From: Candidatus Dojkabacteria bacterium
GTDB lineage: Bacteria > Patescibacteriota > Dojkabacteria > B142 > OLB20
Reading direction: 5' to 3'
DNA: 64,000 nt
NCBI GenBank assembly: GCA_030583785.1
Contig: CP129475.1
Span: forward strand, 287,559-351,558
In this document: piece after piece, positions 37,161 to 45,956 of the stretch
How the letters are laid out: each line of letters opens with the position of its first letter
Position numbering within the stretch: position 1 is the stretch's first letter
Program-made: the position numbers and the translations under genes
The notes under the pieces: generated by a model
Told to the model about the DNA's origin: nothing
The model's input: the letters and a program-made list of their open reading frames with translations, nothing else
Databases searched by the model: none

Positions 37161-40081
37161 TGGCAACAGCAGGAAACAACGAAAATATTAATGTATACAA
37201 GTACTTCTTTGACCTTGAGCCAGAGATCCGTGAGATCGAATCTCAACTTAGGGTCATGGAAAATGACATCAAAGGATATAAAAATGATTGTCGAAACACA
37301 TTAAAACTAGTTCTTAGCACTTTAAGAAAAGCAAACTCTGTAACAAGGAACGATTCCTTCACTGCCGACGACGAAAGGATTGAAGCAGAGCTTAACGAAG
37401 AGTCAGAAGATCAGCAAAATCAAAGTCAGCAACAGACACCTACAAGCCAACAACCTCAACCTGAGCCCCAACCTGAACGACCTACGAGTTTCAAGGAAAG
37501 ATTTCGTGCCGAACTTAGAGGAGGAAAAGTCAATCCATTCATTAAAGCCGAGTACGATAATAAGGTTGTCAGAATGCAAAGAGCTCTTCGTAAAGGAGAC
37601 TATCTTGGACTACTGCTTGACCCAGATGTGCTTCCATGGACTCCACAAAGAAGGGCTAACAAAAAAATAATGGATGAATCGTGGCGTGTAGTTCGACAAA
37701 TTCCAAAAGAAGCAGCTAAGAGTGCGGGCGCCTTTGTATTAAAAGCCGCAATATCCGGAGGAAGCTATATTGGTGGCAAAGGCAAATCCGGAGTTCAAAG
37801 GGCAGCAGGGTTTGTATACAGGAATAGTAGTTTTGTACAGGAAAAAACCGAGTGGCTAAAGAAGCAATCAAAAAGTGTAAAAAGAACTCTTCGAAAGAAC
37901 ACAAAGGTTAGACTTGCTGCAACCAGAAGGGCTGCAGAAAGAAAACGCAAGAAAGATAAGCATGCTCTGCAAAAATTCCTGCTTGAAGGAACTCTTAGGT
38001 TCGCAAAAGATTTTGTCTTAGACAAAATCAACCAGTTAAGCGAGGCTGGCCAAAAACTCTATCGCGGAGTGAGGCAGGTTACTCACAATCGCTTCGTAAA
38101 TTCTCAGGTTGGAAAGAGTATAATCAACTCAAATACTGCCAAAAATATAAAAGTTGGATTAGAAACTTTTAAGAATACAGACACATATCGCAGTATAGCT
38201 TCCAGAACAAGCGCGGTAATCAATAACACCCCAGAAGCATTAAGAGCTACAGGCAGAAACATTGTTAGGGTAGGTGATTCAGTTAGAAACTCAAGAGCAG
38301 TTCGTTGGTCACAAGCTGGTATTTCAACTGGCGCAAAAGCGGTTGTCAAACCAGTCGAACTAGTTATTAAAAATAGATCAGCAATCTGGAACGGAGCTCG
38401 GGCCACAGCCAGAGGTGTCGTATCAGTAGGTAAAGCTGCTCCAAGAGGAGCAATGTCAGGTCTAGCCATGAGCCTCGTTACTCAAAATATTGCAGCTGGA
38501 GTGGCTTTCGGTCTAGCAGCAACTGCCGTGGGAAGTGTAGCAGCTTATAGCACCTCTAACGCAACCAGAGGACTTAAGAATGCAATGGGCGATTGGGATA
38601 ATTCCGCATTTGGAAAGAATCGGATATCTCCAGAAGCACAACAAAGAATTATCAATCGCGGAAATGTATATTCTAATGCCACCAGAGCTTTCCGAGCCTT
38701 AGATGCGGGAACGACTGTTGCTTCACTTGGAGCAATAGCTGCAACCGTTCTTGGAGGCAACCCCTTACTTGCAGCAGGATTTGGTTTTGCTGCCGGTGCA
38801 GGTGGCAGATTCCTTATTGATCGCTTTGTTGGGAACAGAGTAGCTCAGTATATGCAGGGTAATACAAGCGGTCTTCTGAACAAGATTGCTCACTTACCAA
38901 GTGGAGCTCTTCTAAATCAAGCAGTAAGTAGTCAATGGCTCGGGGAACAAATTCGCCTGTTAAGATCGGATTACGATAACGACCTAGGTAGATACCTTCA
39001 GGACAACTTTACCTTGACCGGAGGCGGTGGCATGCAAACTTTCACAGTCATTACAAATTATATCGGAGCAGCCAGCTACATTTCTGGGATTCACGCCGGA
39101 ACCAACGCACTTCTTTCAAGATATGGCAGCAGCGTTGCAATGGAATTCGCAAATAGGGGAATCGAAGGTAGTTTAGAACGAATCGGCTTAGGATTATCCA
39201 AGGGAGTTTCAAGTACTGGCTTTACCTGGAGGGGAGCACTTGGTTCTGTCGCCAATATCATCAAACAGCCATTTAGATTTATTGCCAGTGGGCCGTTATC
39301 GTTAACGAATCCAATAACGCTAGGAGCAACAGTTGGAGGGGTAGTAGGGACAGTTCTTGCAACTGCACTTGGCTTTGGTGGTCCGGCAGCACTTGCAGCA
39401 GGCGGTATCGGTGGGATAGCCGGTGCTGTCGCAGGAGCCTCTGCAGCCGGTGCACTTATTGGAGCTGCAACTTTAGGAACTGTCACTGCAGGAATAGGTA
39501 TAGGTATAGGTGCTGCCGTTGGAAGCTTCATCGGAACATTGTTTGGCTCGTATATTGGCAGCCTAGCTGATCGAACAGTAAATAGTGTCCTTGAAGGTTT
39601 TACAAATAGGGTGATAGGGCTATTCAACGGAGTAATGGCACTATTCAACTTAATGAAGATGCTTAGAAACGGGATTAATCCAGAAGATGCTCTCGGATTT
39701 CTTATGGCTTTCGGTATGTTGTTCACAATTATCTCCAGAAACTGGGAGCAGGGTGGAGAAGCGGTCTTTATTGAACAAGAGAATATTAAACAAGGCTACG
39801 AATCGATCGAGGAACCAAGGCAAGCTTACAAACTCGATCATTACAATATCAGTCTGATCAATACTAACGAACAATGGACTCCAGAAAGAATCCGTATCTT
39901 AATGGATTCACTTGCACAAACACAATCTGATGATTTTGAGAATGGAGATAGAAACATCCTCCTAGCAATTGGCCGAGAAGAATCTGTTGAAGTCGACGGT
40001 AATCTATTAATCTATATAGATCCAAACACATTTACCGGTAATTACAGAAACGAACCGATTCTCAGCTTTAACAATCTGTAA
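37160..40081 (+). CDS. Large basic protein (973 aa) with N-terminal coiled coil, Lys/Arg-rich region and Gly/Ala-zipper multi-TM block (tape-measure-like architecture)
   Basis: TAATG start/stop overlap with the coiled-coil gene. QQPQPEPQPE low-complexity linker. Poly-basic stretch (RKNTKVRLAATRRAAERKRKKDKH). Small-residue-rich middle. Hydrophobic GxxxG/AxxxA-rich block (about 39290-39600; ...GGIGGIAGAVAGASAAGALIGAATLGTVTAGIGIGIGAAVGSFIGTLFG...) plus two more helices. Confidence 0.55.
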   Translation: MATAGNNENINVYKYFFDLEPEIREIESQLRVMENDIKGYKNDCRNTLKLVLSTLRKANSVTRNDSFTADDERIEAELNEESEDQQNQSQQQTPTSQQPQPEPQPERPTSFKERFRAELRGGKVNPFIKAEYDNKVVRMQRALRKGDYLGLLLDPDVLPWTPQRRANKKIMDESWRVVRQIPKEAAKSAGAFVLKAAISGGSYIGGKGKSGVQRAAGFVYRNSSFVQEKTEWLKKQSKSVKRTLRKNTKVRLAATRRAAERKRKKDKHALQKFLLEGTLRFAKDFVLDKINQLSEAGQKLYRGVRQVTHNRFVNSQVGKSIINSNTAKNIKVGLETFKNTDTYRSIASRTSAVINNTPEALRATGRNIVRVGDSVRNSRAVRWSQAGISTGAKAVVKPVELVIKNRSAIWNGARATARGVVSVGKAAPRGAMSGLAMSLVTQNIAAGVAFGLAATAVGSVAAYSTSNATRGLKNAMGDWDNSAFGKNRISPEAQQRIINRGNVYSNATRAFRALDAGTTVASLGAIAATVLGGNPLLAAGFGFAAGAGGRFLIDRFVGNRVAQYMQGNTSGLLNKIAHLPSGALLNQAVSSQWLGEQIRLLRSDYDNDLGRYLQDNFTLTGGGGMQTFTVITNYIGAASYISGIHAGTNALLSRYGSSVAMEFANRGIEGSLERIGLGLSKGVSSTGFTWRGALGSVANIIKQPFRFIASGPLSLTNPITLGATVGGVVGTVLATALGFGGPAALAAGGIGGIAGAVAGASAAGALIGAATLGTVTAGIGIGIGAAVGSFIGTLFGSYIGSLADRTVNSVLEGFTNRVIGLFNGVMALFNLMKMLRNGINPEDALGFLMAFGMLFTIISRNWEQGGEAVFIEQENIKQGYESIEEPRQAYKLDHYNISLINTNEQWTPERIRILMDSLAQTQSDDFENGDRNILLAIGREESVEVDGNLLIYIDPNTFTGNYRNEPILSFNNL

Positions 40082-40092
40082 GATAAGAGGAT

Positions 40093-42018
40093 TTATTCTT
40101 GATTCTCGTTTTGACTTGCTATTCCATAACTTCCGTATGGATTGGCACTTTCAGCAGTTTTATTATCATAATCCAAAGATGAACCCTGTGGCACCACAGG
40201 CTTACTATCGCTAGCACTATCTGTGTTTTTTAGCCAGTCGGGGATTTCGTCATCGTTATAGATTGCTGGGGCAGCAACCTTCATCTCTTGAACGGGTTCC
40301 TGTTTACTAATAAAAGGGTCTTCGTACTCACCTATAGTCTGTGTTCCGATACTTGGCTCATACACTTCTGGTGTTGCATAAGTTGTTGTCTGGTCTGGCA
40401 TAACAATGGTTGTCTCTGAATATGGAATATCGGGATTAGGTACCAATGGCTGTGAATTATCTGTGTAAGTTACTGATCCATAGTCTGTAGCAATATCTGA
40501 AGAGCTTCTTCTGTTGCGAATTAGAAGTATATATAACATCCAAGGTACAACGATTAATAATAAGCCACAACAAAGGATTAACAATATAACTTGCGTCAAT
40601 TCAGCGCCCAGAAAAGAGAAAATATTTGCAGGATAAGAATCTGGATTACTATCTGGCATACTGTCTGGGAAAGAATCTGGTTCTGACTCGCCTGTATAAA
40701 AGAACCATTCTCTAACAGAGAACTTTCCGGCAGAATCAGTTACTCGAATTTGTATCTTGTGTCTTCCGTCGGCCAGATCTTCCGCAGGTTGACATTCTAG
40801 CTTTTCATCGGCAAAATCACATACTGTAAGTTTTTCTTCGTCAAGGAGAACTTCTATGCCTTCTTGCAACAATTCAGCATTTGTGGATGGTTTGATCGTA
40901 ACTGTGATTATTGGTTTTTTAAGAAGTGTCCTTTCTTCTTCTTGAGGAGATATTATTGTGATTAGTGGCGCTTCTTCTCCTGTATCTGAAGTAGAAATTG
41001 TTACATCAAACAGTTCGCTGATCTTTTCAATAGTTTTTCCCTCATTATTTGTCGCGATTATCCTTAATAAATACTTACCAGTCTCTACACCTTGCAGATT
41101 CCAGTCATAACTTGTTGTGCTACCGTTAAGATTAGCGATTTGAACCCAATTTTTACCTTCGTCCTTTGAATACGATAACAAAATGGAAGTCGGATTAAAC
41201 CTTTCAATATTCCAAGATAACTTATTGTTGTTTTTAGTAATAACGGTATCTTTTCCGGGAACAACAAAATTAATTGCTGCAGGCGGTAGATCGGGTTCGG
41301 TAACATTAAGAGTAAAAAACTGTTTGACTACACCTCCAAAACCATCGGATACAGTTATTGTAATTGGATAGGAACCAGCCGTAGTAATAGTTTTTTCTGT
41401 ATATATTAGTCCTGTATCTCTATTCATGTACAAGAAGAAATCTCCACCTTTATCTATTACATATGTGAGTTTATGGCCATCAGGATCTGTTGCCTGAACT
41501 TGATATGTAAAGTCTTCACCGACTTTAATTGATGAATTCGGAGGTTGAGAATTAATAACAGGAGGCCTATTGGTATTTCCAACGGCTACAGTATGTTTAT
41601 CGCAAAGTGAATAAAAATTATTGGGAAGTTCACGAAAAGTTGCACATATCCTTACACAGTAGAAACCATCTGGAATTGAACTTCTATTTTGTATGGGACC
41701 ATCAGTATCCCAGAGGTCTGTAAAGTAAGCTCCGTTTGCGCTGGCAGTTTTTGAACCCGATGCTATTGTCCCAAAATATGGACCATTAACTGAACAAGCA
41801 GAACTGAAAAGATCGATCTGGTAGGGTATGTCTGCTTTATCGACCTCTTTAAGAAAATATCGAACCTGTGAAATACCAGTGACAACAGCGTTATTTATAG
41901 GTGATGCAATATAAACTTCATCGTTGCCCTTTGTTACTGCGTACACCGGTGAACCCGAAACAAGCATAAAAAATGCGACAAGAGTCAGACCGATAATTTT
42001 TTTATATTGATTATTCAT
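40093..42018 (-). CDS. Type-I membrane surface protein with Ig/cadherin-like (dystroglycan-type) domain(s)
   Basis: N-terminal signal peptide. PPVINSQPPNSSIKVGEDFTYQVQATDPDGHKLTYVI...ITITVSDGFGG is a putative-Ig/cadherin-like repeat. More beta-rich domains follow. TM (ILLILCCGLLLIVVPWMLYILLI) and an about 110-aa cytoplasmic tail. Confidence 0.6.
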   Translation of the reverse strand: MNNQYKKIIGLTLVAFFMLVSGSPVYAVTKGNDEVYIASPINNAVVTGISQVRYFLKEVDKADIPYQIDLFSSACSVNGPYFGTIASGSKTASANGAYFTDLWDTDGPIQNRSSIPDGFYCVRICATFRELPNNFYSLCDKHTVAVGNTNRPPVINSQPPNSSIKVGEDFTYQVQATDPDGHKLTYVIDKGGDFFLYMNRDTGLIYTEKTITTAGSYPITITVSDGFGGVVKQFFTLNVTEPDLPPAAINFVVPGKDTVITKNNNKLSWNIERFNPTSILLSYSKDEGKNWVQIANLNGSTTSYDWNLQGVETGKYLLRIIATNNEGKTIEKISELFDVTISTSDTGEEAPLITIISPQEEERTLLKKPIITVTIKPSTNAELLQEGIEVLLDEEKLTVCDFADEKLECQPAEDLADGRHKIQIRVTDSAGKFSVREWFFYTGESEPDSFPDSMPDSNPDSYPANIFSFLGAELTQVILLILCCGLLLIVVPWMLYILLIRNRRSSSDIATDYGSVTYTDNSQPLVPNPDIPYSETTIVMPDQTTTYATPEVYEPSIGTQTIGEYEDPFISKQEPVQEMKVAAPAIYNDDEIPDWLKNTDSASDSKPVVPQGSSLDYDNKTAESANPYGSYGIASQNENQE

Positions 42019-43333
42019 TTTGGTTTAGTATTTGCTGAGCTGCTTCAAATGTTGCCTGACCTGACAAAACTTTGCGAAACTCTTCTTTCATAATATCTCC
42101 ATCCTTCATTGACCAAGTAACAGCTCGCGACATTGCTTGCACATAAGGACCAAGTAGCTCAGTTGATCTTTGGTCAGATAGTATCTCACCGGACATGTTT
42201 TGCCGTGGATAAATTATTCCGATTGGTCTGCCGTTTTCTTTAATTGTTTGATCAAGCAGGCGCAGTTGCTCTGGTTGTGAGATGAAATTTATAAAATCCC
42301 AGGCGATCTGTGAGTTTCTGCTATCTGAAGATACTGTTTGTCCCCAGTAACTGGCCCAATATTTTGTTTCTGTATCGCTAAGACTTCCAAGTTGAGGCAG
42401 CGGTGCCACTCCAAAGTTTAATCCCAAGTTGTATTCTTGATTATAGTTAATAATGTCTATTAACCTCCAACTTGGAGCTGCAAACATAGCCAGTTTCTTT
42501 TCGAGAAAAGAAGCAATATCTAACTTCATTGATGCACTCCAAGATACAGTACTACCGCTAACAAACCTCTTATAGGTAGACAAAGCCTCTTCAGATTTTG
42601 CTTTGTTTGCAGGATCAGCAAATACTGCAACACCATTTTGATCACTCATGGTGACCCCATTTTGGATCATGAATACATTTAGCATCTCTGTTGCAAATTG
42701 AGCATTACCTTCTGCTGCTGCAAATCCTCCGCTGATCATTCTGTTTGAATTGTCATACTTGGTAAGATTGGTCGCCATTCGTGAGAATTCGAGCCAGTCA
42801 TCACTCGGAAAAGTATAAGCACCTTCAAGAAGCTTATCTTTATTGTAAATAATAGCTAAGGCATCTACATACAATGGCAAGGCAAGAACTCCGTCATAGG
42901 CAAAATCTGAAAGTACAACGGGGTATAAAGCCCCTGTTGTATCTGCCGTAACAATAGTGGTTGGTGCCTTGCTAATCTTATCTTCATAAGCCCGACCCCA
43001 AGTGTTATGGATCGTAAATATATCTGGCGTTGTAAGAGGATTACCATCATTAAGAACTGTATCTAATTCTGACCGATAACCCGATACTCCATTTCTGACA
43101 CCTCGTTGATCGTATTGAATAGTTACATTAGGATTTCTAGCAGTATAGGCATCGATTAATGGTTTAACATTTTCATATGGTTCAAATAGGTTCCACCAAA
43201 TCAGGATGGTATTTTCAGGTTGTGAAGTCGGTACAGGGGTGACAGATCCAGTATCTGGAGAAGTACAAGCACTAAGAAATACTAGCGCAAGCAATGATAA
43301 TGCAATTGTTTTGACTCTAATCATGTTCATCAA
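42011..43333 (-). CDS. ABC transporter extracellular solute-binding lipoprotein (family 1, sugar/oligosaccharide type)
   Basis: Lipobox LSAC, length 440 aa. Overall pattern of cluster-D SBPs. No cognate permease or ATPase adjacent. Confidence 0.55.
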   Translation of the reverse strand: MMNMIRVKTIALSLLALVFLSACTSPDTGSVTPVPTSQPENTILIWWNLFEPYENVKPLIDAYTARNPNVTIQYDQRGVRNGVSGYRSELDTVLNDGNPLTTPDIFTIHNTWGRAYEDKISKAPTTIVTADTTGALYPVVLSDFAYDGVLALPLYVDALAIIYNKDKLLEGAYTFPSDDWLEFSRMATNLTKYDNSNRMISGGFAAAEGNAQFATEMLNVFMIQNGVTMSDQNGVAVFADPANKAKSEEALSTYKRFVSGSTVSWSASMKLDIASFLEKKLAMFAAPSWRLIDIINYNQEYNLGLNFGVAPLPQLGSLSDTETKYWASYWGQTVSSDSRNSQIAWDFINFISQPEQLRLLDQTIKENGRPIGIIYPRQNMSGEILSDQRSTELLGPYVQAMSRAVTWSMKDGDIMKEEFRKVLSGQATFEAAQQILNQNE

Positions 43334-44631
43334 TCTTCATTGTATTGTAAATTTACATTGCTTACCAATCTATCTTTTACTTTTACAGCAAAAGCGATCC
43401 AGGTTTGTCCACGGTTTAGCTCGATTGGATTCTCGTTTTCGTCAAAATACTTTGTTCTGCAAGTCCTGCAATCTTTCTGCCAATAACCTTCGATTACTTT
43501 CCCGTCGCGAAATATCTGCACACGATCTTTACCGATCATGTCGATAATTATCCTGCCATGTCCATCGTTTGCATCACCATAATTATGCCATTCAACTACT
43601 ACATTTTTTGGTGATATCTGCATTCCGCTTTGTAGATCAATATCTTCTTTACCAGCAATATATCGTTTGTAAGAATTTGACTGTTTATCATATGCAAATT
43701 CTGCCTGGAAATTACTGCCATTTGCCTTGAGAGTCATGAAATCTATTGTTAATTTTGAAAAATCACCTCTGTCTACAAAGTCGTCGTCGTATTTGAAAGA
43801 AAGTGGCTCTAATTTAGATGAACCCAGTTGCCACTTATTGGTTTTACCTAATCTTTCTACCTCTGGATTAATTAGCTTAAAGCCAGTGTACATGGCGTGA
43901 ACAGAGCCTGCAGTGCGAACTTTGGCAGGATCTCTATACCTCGTTGCTGCAGTTTGAATATTCTTAATTCCGAATTTTCTAATTGCGCCTCTAGCGTCGG
44001 CCTGTTCACGATAAGTTTCCCAAGGGGCATCATCGTAGCCGGCTTGTCCTTCGTGCAATATGATTGCGTCTGCATATTCAGATGTGAACATAATCATATA
44101 GTACCTAAGACTTCTTATCGGACCGACTTTTTCGACTTCTTGATTGGAATAATAGATCGGGACATAACGGGTTATACCACCCTCAGCCAAGAATTCTCCT
44201 ACTACATCAGCGTAGGTTAATCCATGTTGACTCCTGGCAGCTGGATAATTATTAATCGTTATTGCAACAGGATGCCTTGTTAGAAGTTCATCATACTGAG
44301 TTTTAGTAATCATGGTTCCATTAATAGGGTTTTCTGAATCTCGAATCTCTAAAGGTTTAGAGATTAGCTGTTTCTCGTAAGAATACTCGAGAACTGGGAT
44401 AGAAGTTACCAGTTTATAATCAGTATTCAATTTGTCGATATTTGGCTTTCTTAAAAAGTCTGATAATAATGCAAAAGAGAAGAATACTAAGAGAAATAAC
44501 CCAACAGCAGGTATTAGTTTTGTCAGTAACATTGACTTAATGTTTGAACTGACAGTCTTTTTACCGCCGATCTTATGATTTTTGATAGTTCCTCGTACTC
44601 GGAACTTGTCACTTTCTTCAAAGTTGTTCAT
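43330..44631 (-). CDS. Membrane-anchored extracytoplasmic protein, possibly DUF3048 (YerB-like)
   Basis: N-terminal TM anchor. ADVVGEFLAEGGITRY resembles the DUF3048 N-domain motif. Weak call. Confidence 0.35.
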   Translation of the reverse strand: MNNFEESDKFRVRGTIKNHKIGGKKTVSSNIKSMLLTKLIPAVGLFLLVFFSFALLSDFLRKPNIDKLNTDYKLVTSIPVLEYSYEKQLISKPLEIRDSENPINGTMITKTQYDELLTRHPVAITINNYPAARSQHGLTYADVVGEFLAEGGITRYVPIYYSNQEVEKVGPIRSLRYYMIMFTSEYADAIILHEGQAGYDDAPWETYREQADARGAIRKFGIKNIQTAATRYRDPAKVRTAGSVHAMYTGFKLINPEVERLGKTNKWQLGSSKLEPLSFKYDDDFVDRGDFSKLTIDFMTLKANGSNFQAEFAYDKQSNSYKRYIAGKEDIDLQSGMQISPKNVVVEWHNYGDANDGHGRIIIDMIGKDRVQIFRDGKVIEGYWQKDCRTCRTKYFDENENPIELNRGQTWIAFAVKVKDRLVSNVNLQYNED

Positions 44632-44688
44632 AATAAATATAATACAATTTGTCTCAGATCATTTCTACCTATTAATACTAATAAGTTA

Positions 44689-45909
44689 GTGGCTTCATCA
44701 CTTAGTAAATCCACAGATCTCGCCAGAAAATTCATTATCTTTTTCATAGTATTTGTTATAGTCGTATTTGTATTTGATGCCTTCTTACAGCTCCTAACAC
44801 CAAGTACAACGCCTCCATCAGGAATCGACATCTCAAGCACTGGCTATCTGCCTGCTGATAACTTATTCGGACAGCTACCCAAACAACCAATTACCGCGAT
44901 TCCGATTTCTCCTGATACAAGGGCTGAATATGCCTTAACCAGCATTCTGCCTAGCTTTCCTCAGGTGGCAAATGTTTACAAATTACTTAGACCTGCAGAA
45001 ACCTTTGGAAGCGTTCCGAGAGCAATAAATGCAGCTAACAGATTAGGCTTTGAAGGAGAATCGTTTAGAAATACCTCAGAGAATGTTCTCTTTTGGGGGA
45101 CAAATAATAATACACGCACACTTACCTACAATAAAGTCATTGAGGATTGGATTTACAATGTCGACACACTTAAGGATCCAATAGGCAATCTGCCTAATAA
45201 GAATCTTGAACTTGATAAAAATTTTTATCAGTTAAGAGCAGGTTCTTTAATGAATCAACTTGGACTTGGGGACAATTACTTTAATCAGGCAAACTCAAGG
45301 GTGGATTTCGTGAACAGAAATGTAGAAGGACAATTGTCTCCAGTATTAAGAGCTATAGATGCCCGCTATGTCCGAATTGCTTTATATAAGACTATCGAAT
45401 CTGCATCTCTACGAGAAAACTATAAACCAGAGGAAAATGACGATAATCCATCTCAAACAATTTTGTCCGACATAAGGAAACAATCATACATCGAGGCACC
45501 TGCTGTATTCCTTATCCAGGGGAAAGGTGACAAGCCTACTGAAGACATCATTCAGTTCAAGCATAGACAATTTGATATAGGCGAAAGAGCTGTTTATGTC
45601 ACAATTACAGCAGAACAGGCATGGAATAGAATACAGGCAAATCAAGGTTACCTTTACTGGTTAAGACCTCAAGATAAGAATCCTTTCACTAGCTCAGAAA
45701 GTGTTAGAGTCACCAGATTCGATGCTCTTCCAGAAAAAACTAAAATAATATATATTGAACCAGATTCTTGGGAAGCCAATATTCCATCCACTCAATTTCT
45801 TCAGCCATACTATATGTTTGAAGGTATAGCTAAACTTGAAGACGGAAGAGAGGCTGAGTTTGCTTTCGTTATCGAAGCATTGGCTGCAGGAAACTATTTA
45901 ACTGAATAA
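44689..45909 (+). CDS. Membrane-anchored secreted protein, hypothetical
   Basis: The track start at 44575 would overlap the divergent gene by 57 nt. An in-frame GTG at 44689 gives a short cytoplasmic N-terminus then the TM IIFFIVFVIVVFVF. Confidence 0.45.
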   Translation: MASSLSKSTDLARKFIIFFIVFVIVVFVFDAFLQLLTPSTTPPSGIDISSTGYLPADNLFGQLPKQPITAIPISPDTRAEYALTSILPSFPQVANVYKLLRPAETFGSVPRAINAANRLGFEGESFRNTSENVLFWGTNNNTRTLTYNKVIEDWIYNVDTLKDPIGNLPNKNLELDKNFYQLRAGSLMNQLGLGDNYFNQANSRVDFVNRNVEGQLSPVLRAIDARYVRIALYKTIESASLRENYKPEENDDNPSQTILSDIRKQSYIEAPAVFLIQGKGDKPTEDIIQFKHRQFDIGERAVYVTITAEQAWNRIQANQGYLYWLRPQDKNPFTSSESVRVTRFDALPEKTKIIYIEPDSWEANIPSTQFLQPYYMFEGIAKLEDGREAEFAFVIEALAAGNYLTE

Positions 45910-45956
45910 GAAATATTAATCTGCCCCGATTATTTATTAGACACCCTCACTTTAAT

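Noticed and set aside
28135-40081. Interpretation of the six-gene cluster as a prophage tail module (because of the tape-measure-like protein) or as a canonical type IV secretion system (because of the VirB6-like topology)
   Set aside because: No capsid, portal, terminase, baseplate or integrase genes are present. No VirB4/VirD4/VirB11 ATPase or relaxase is present in or near the cluster. All proteins share the host's compositional character. I keep it as an uncharacterised apparatus and do not force it into either class.
44575-44688. Upstream extension of the 44575-45909 ORF
   Set aside because: It would overlap the divergently transcribed 43330-44631 gene's 5' end by 57 nt. The in-frame GTG at 44689 gives a sensible signal-anchor N-terminus and a free divergent promoter region.
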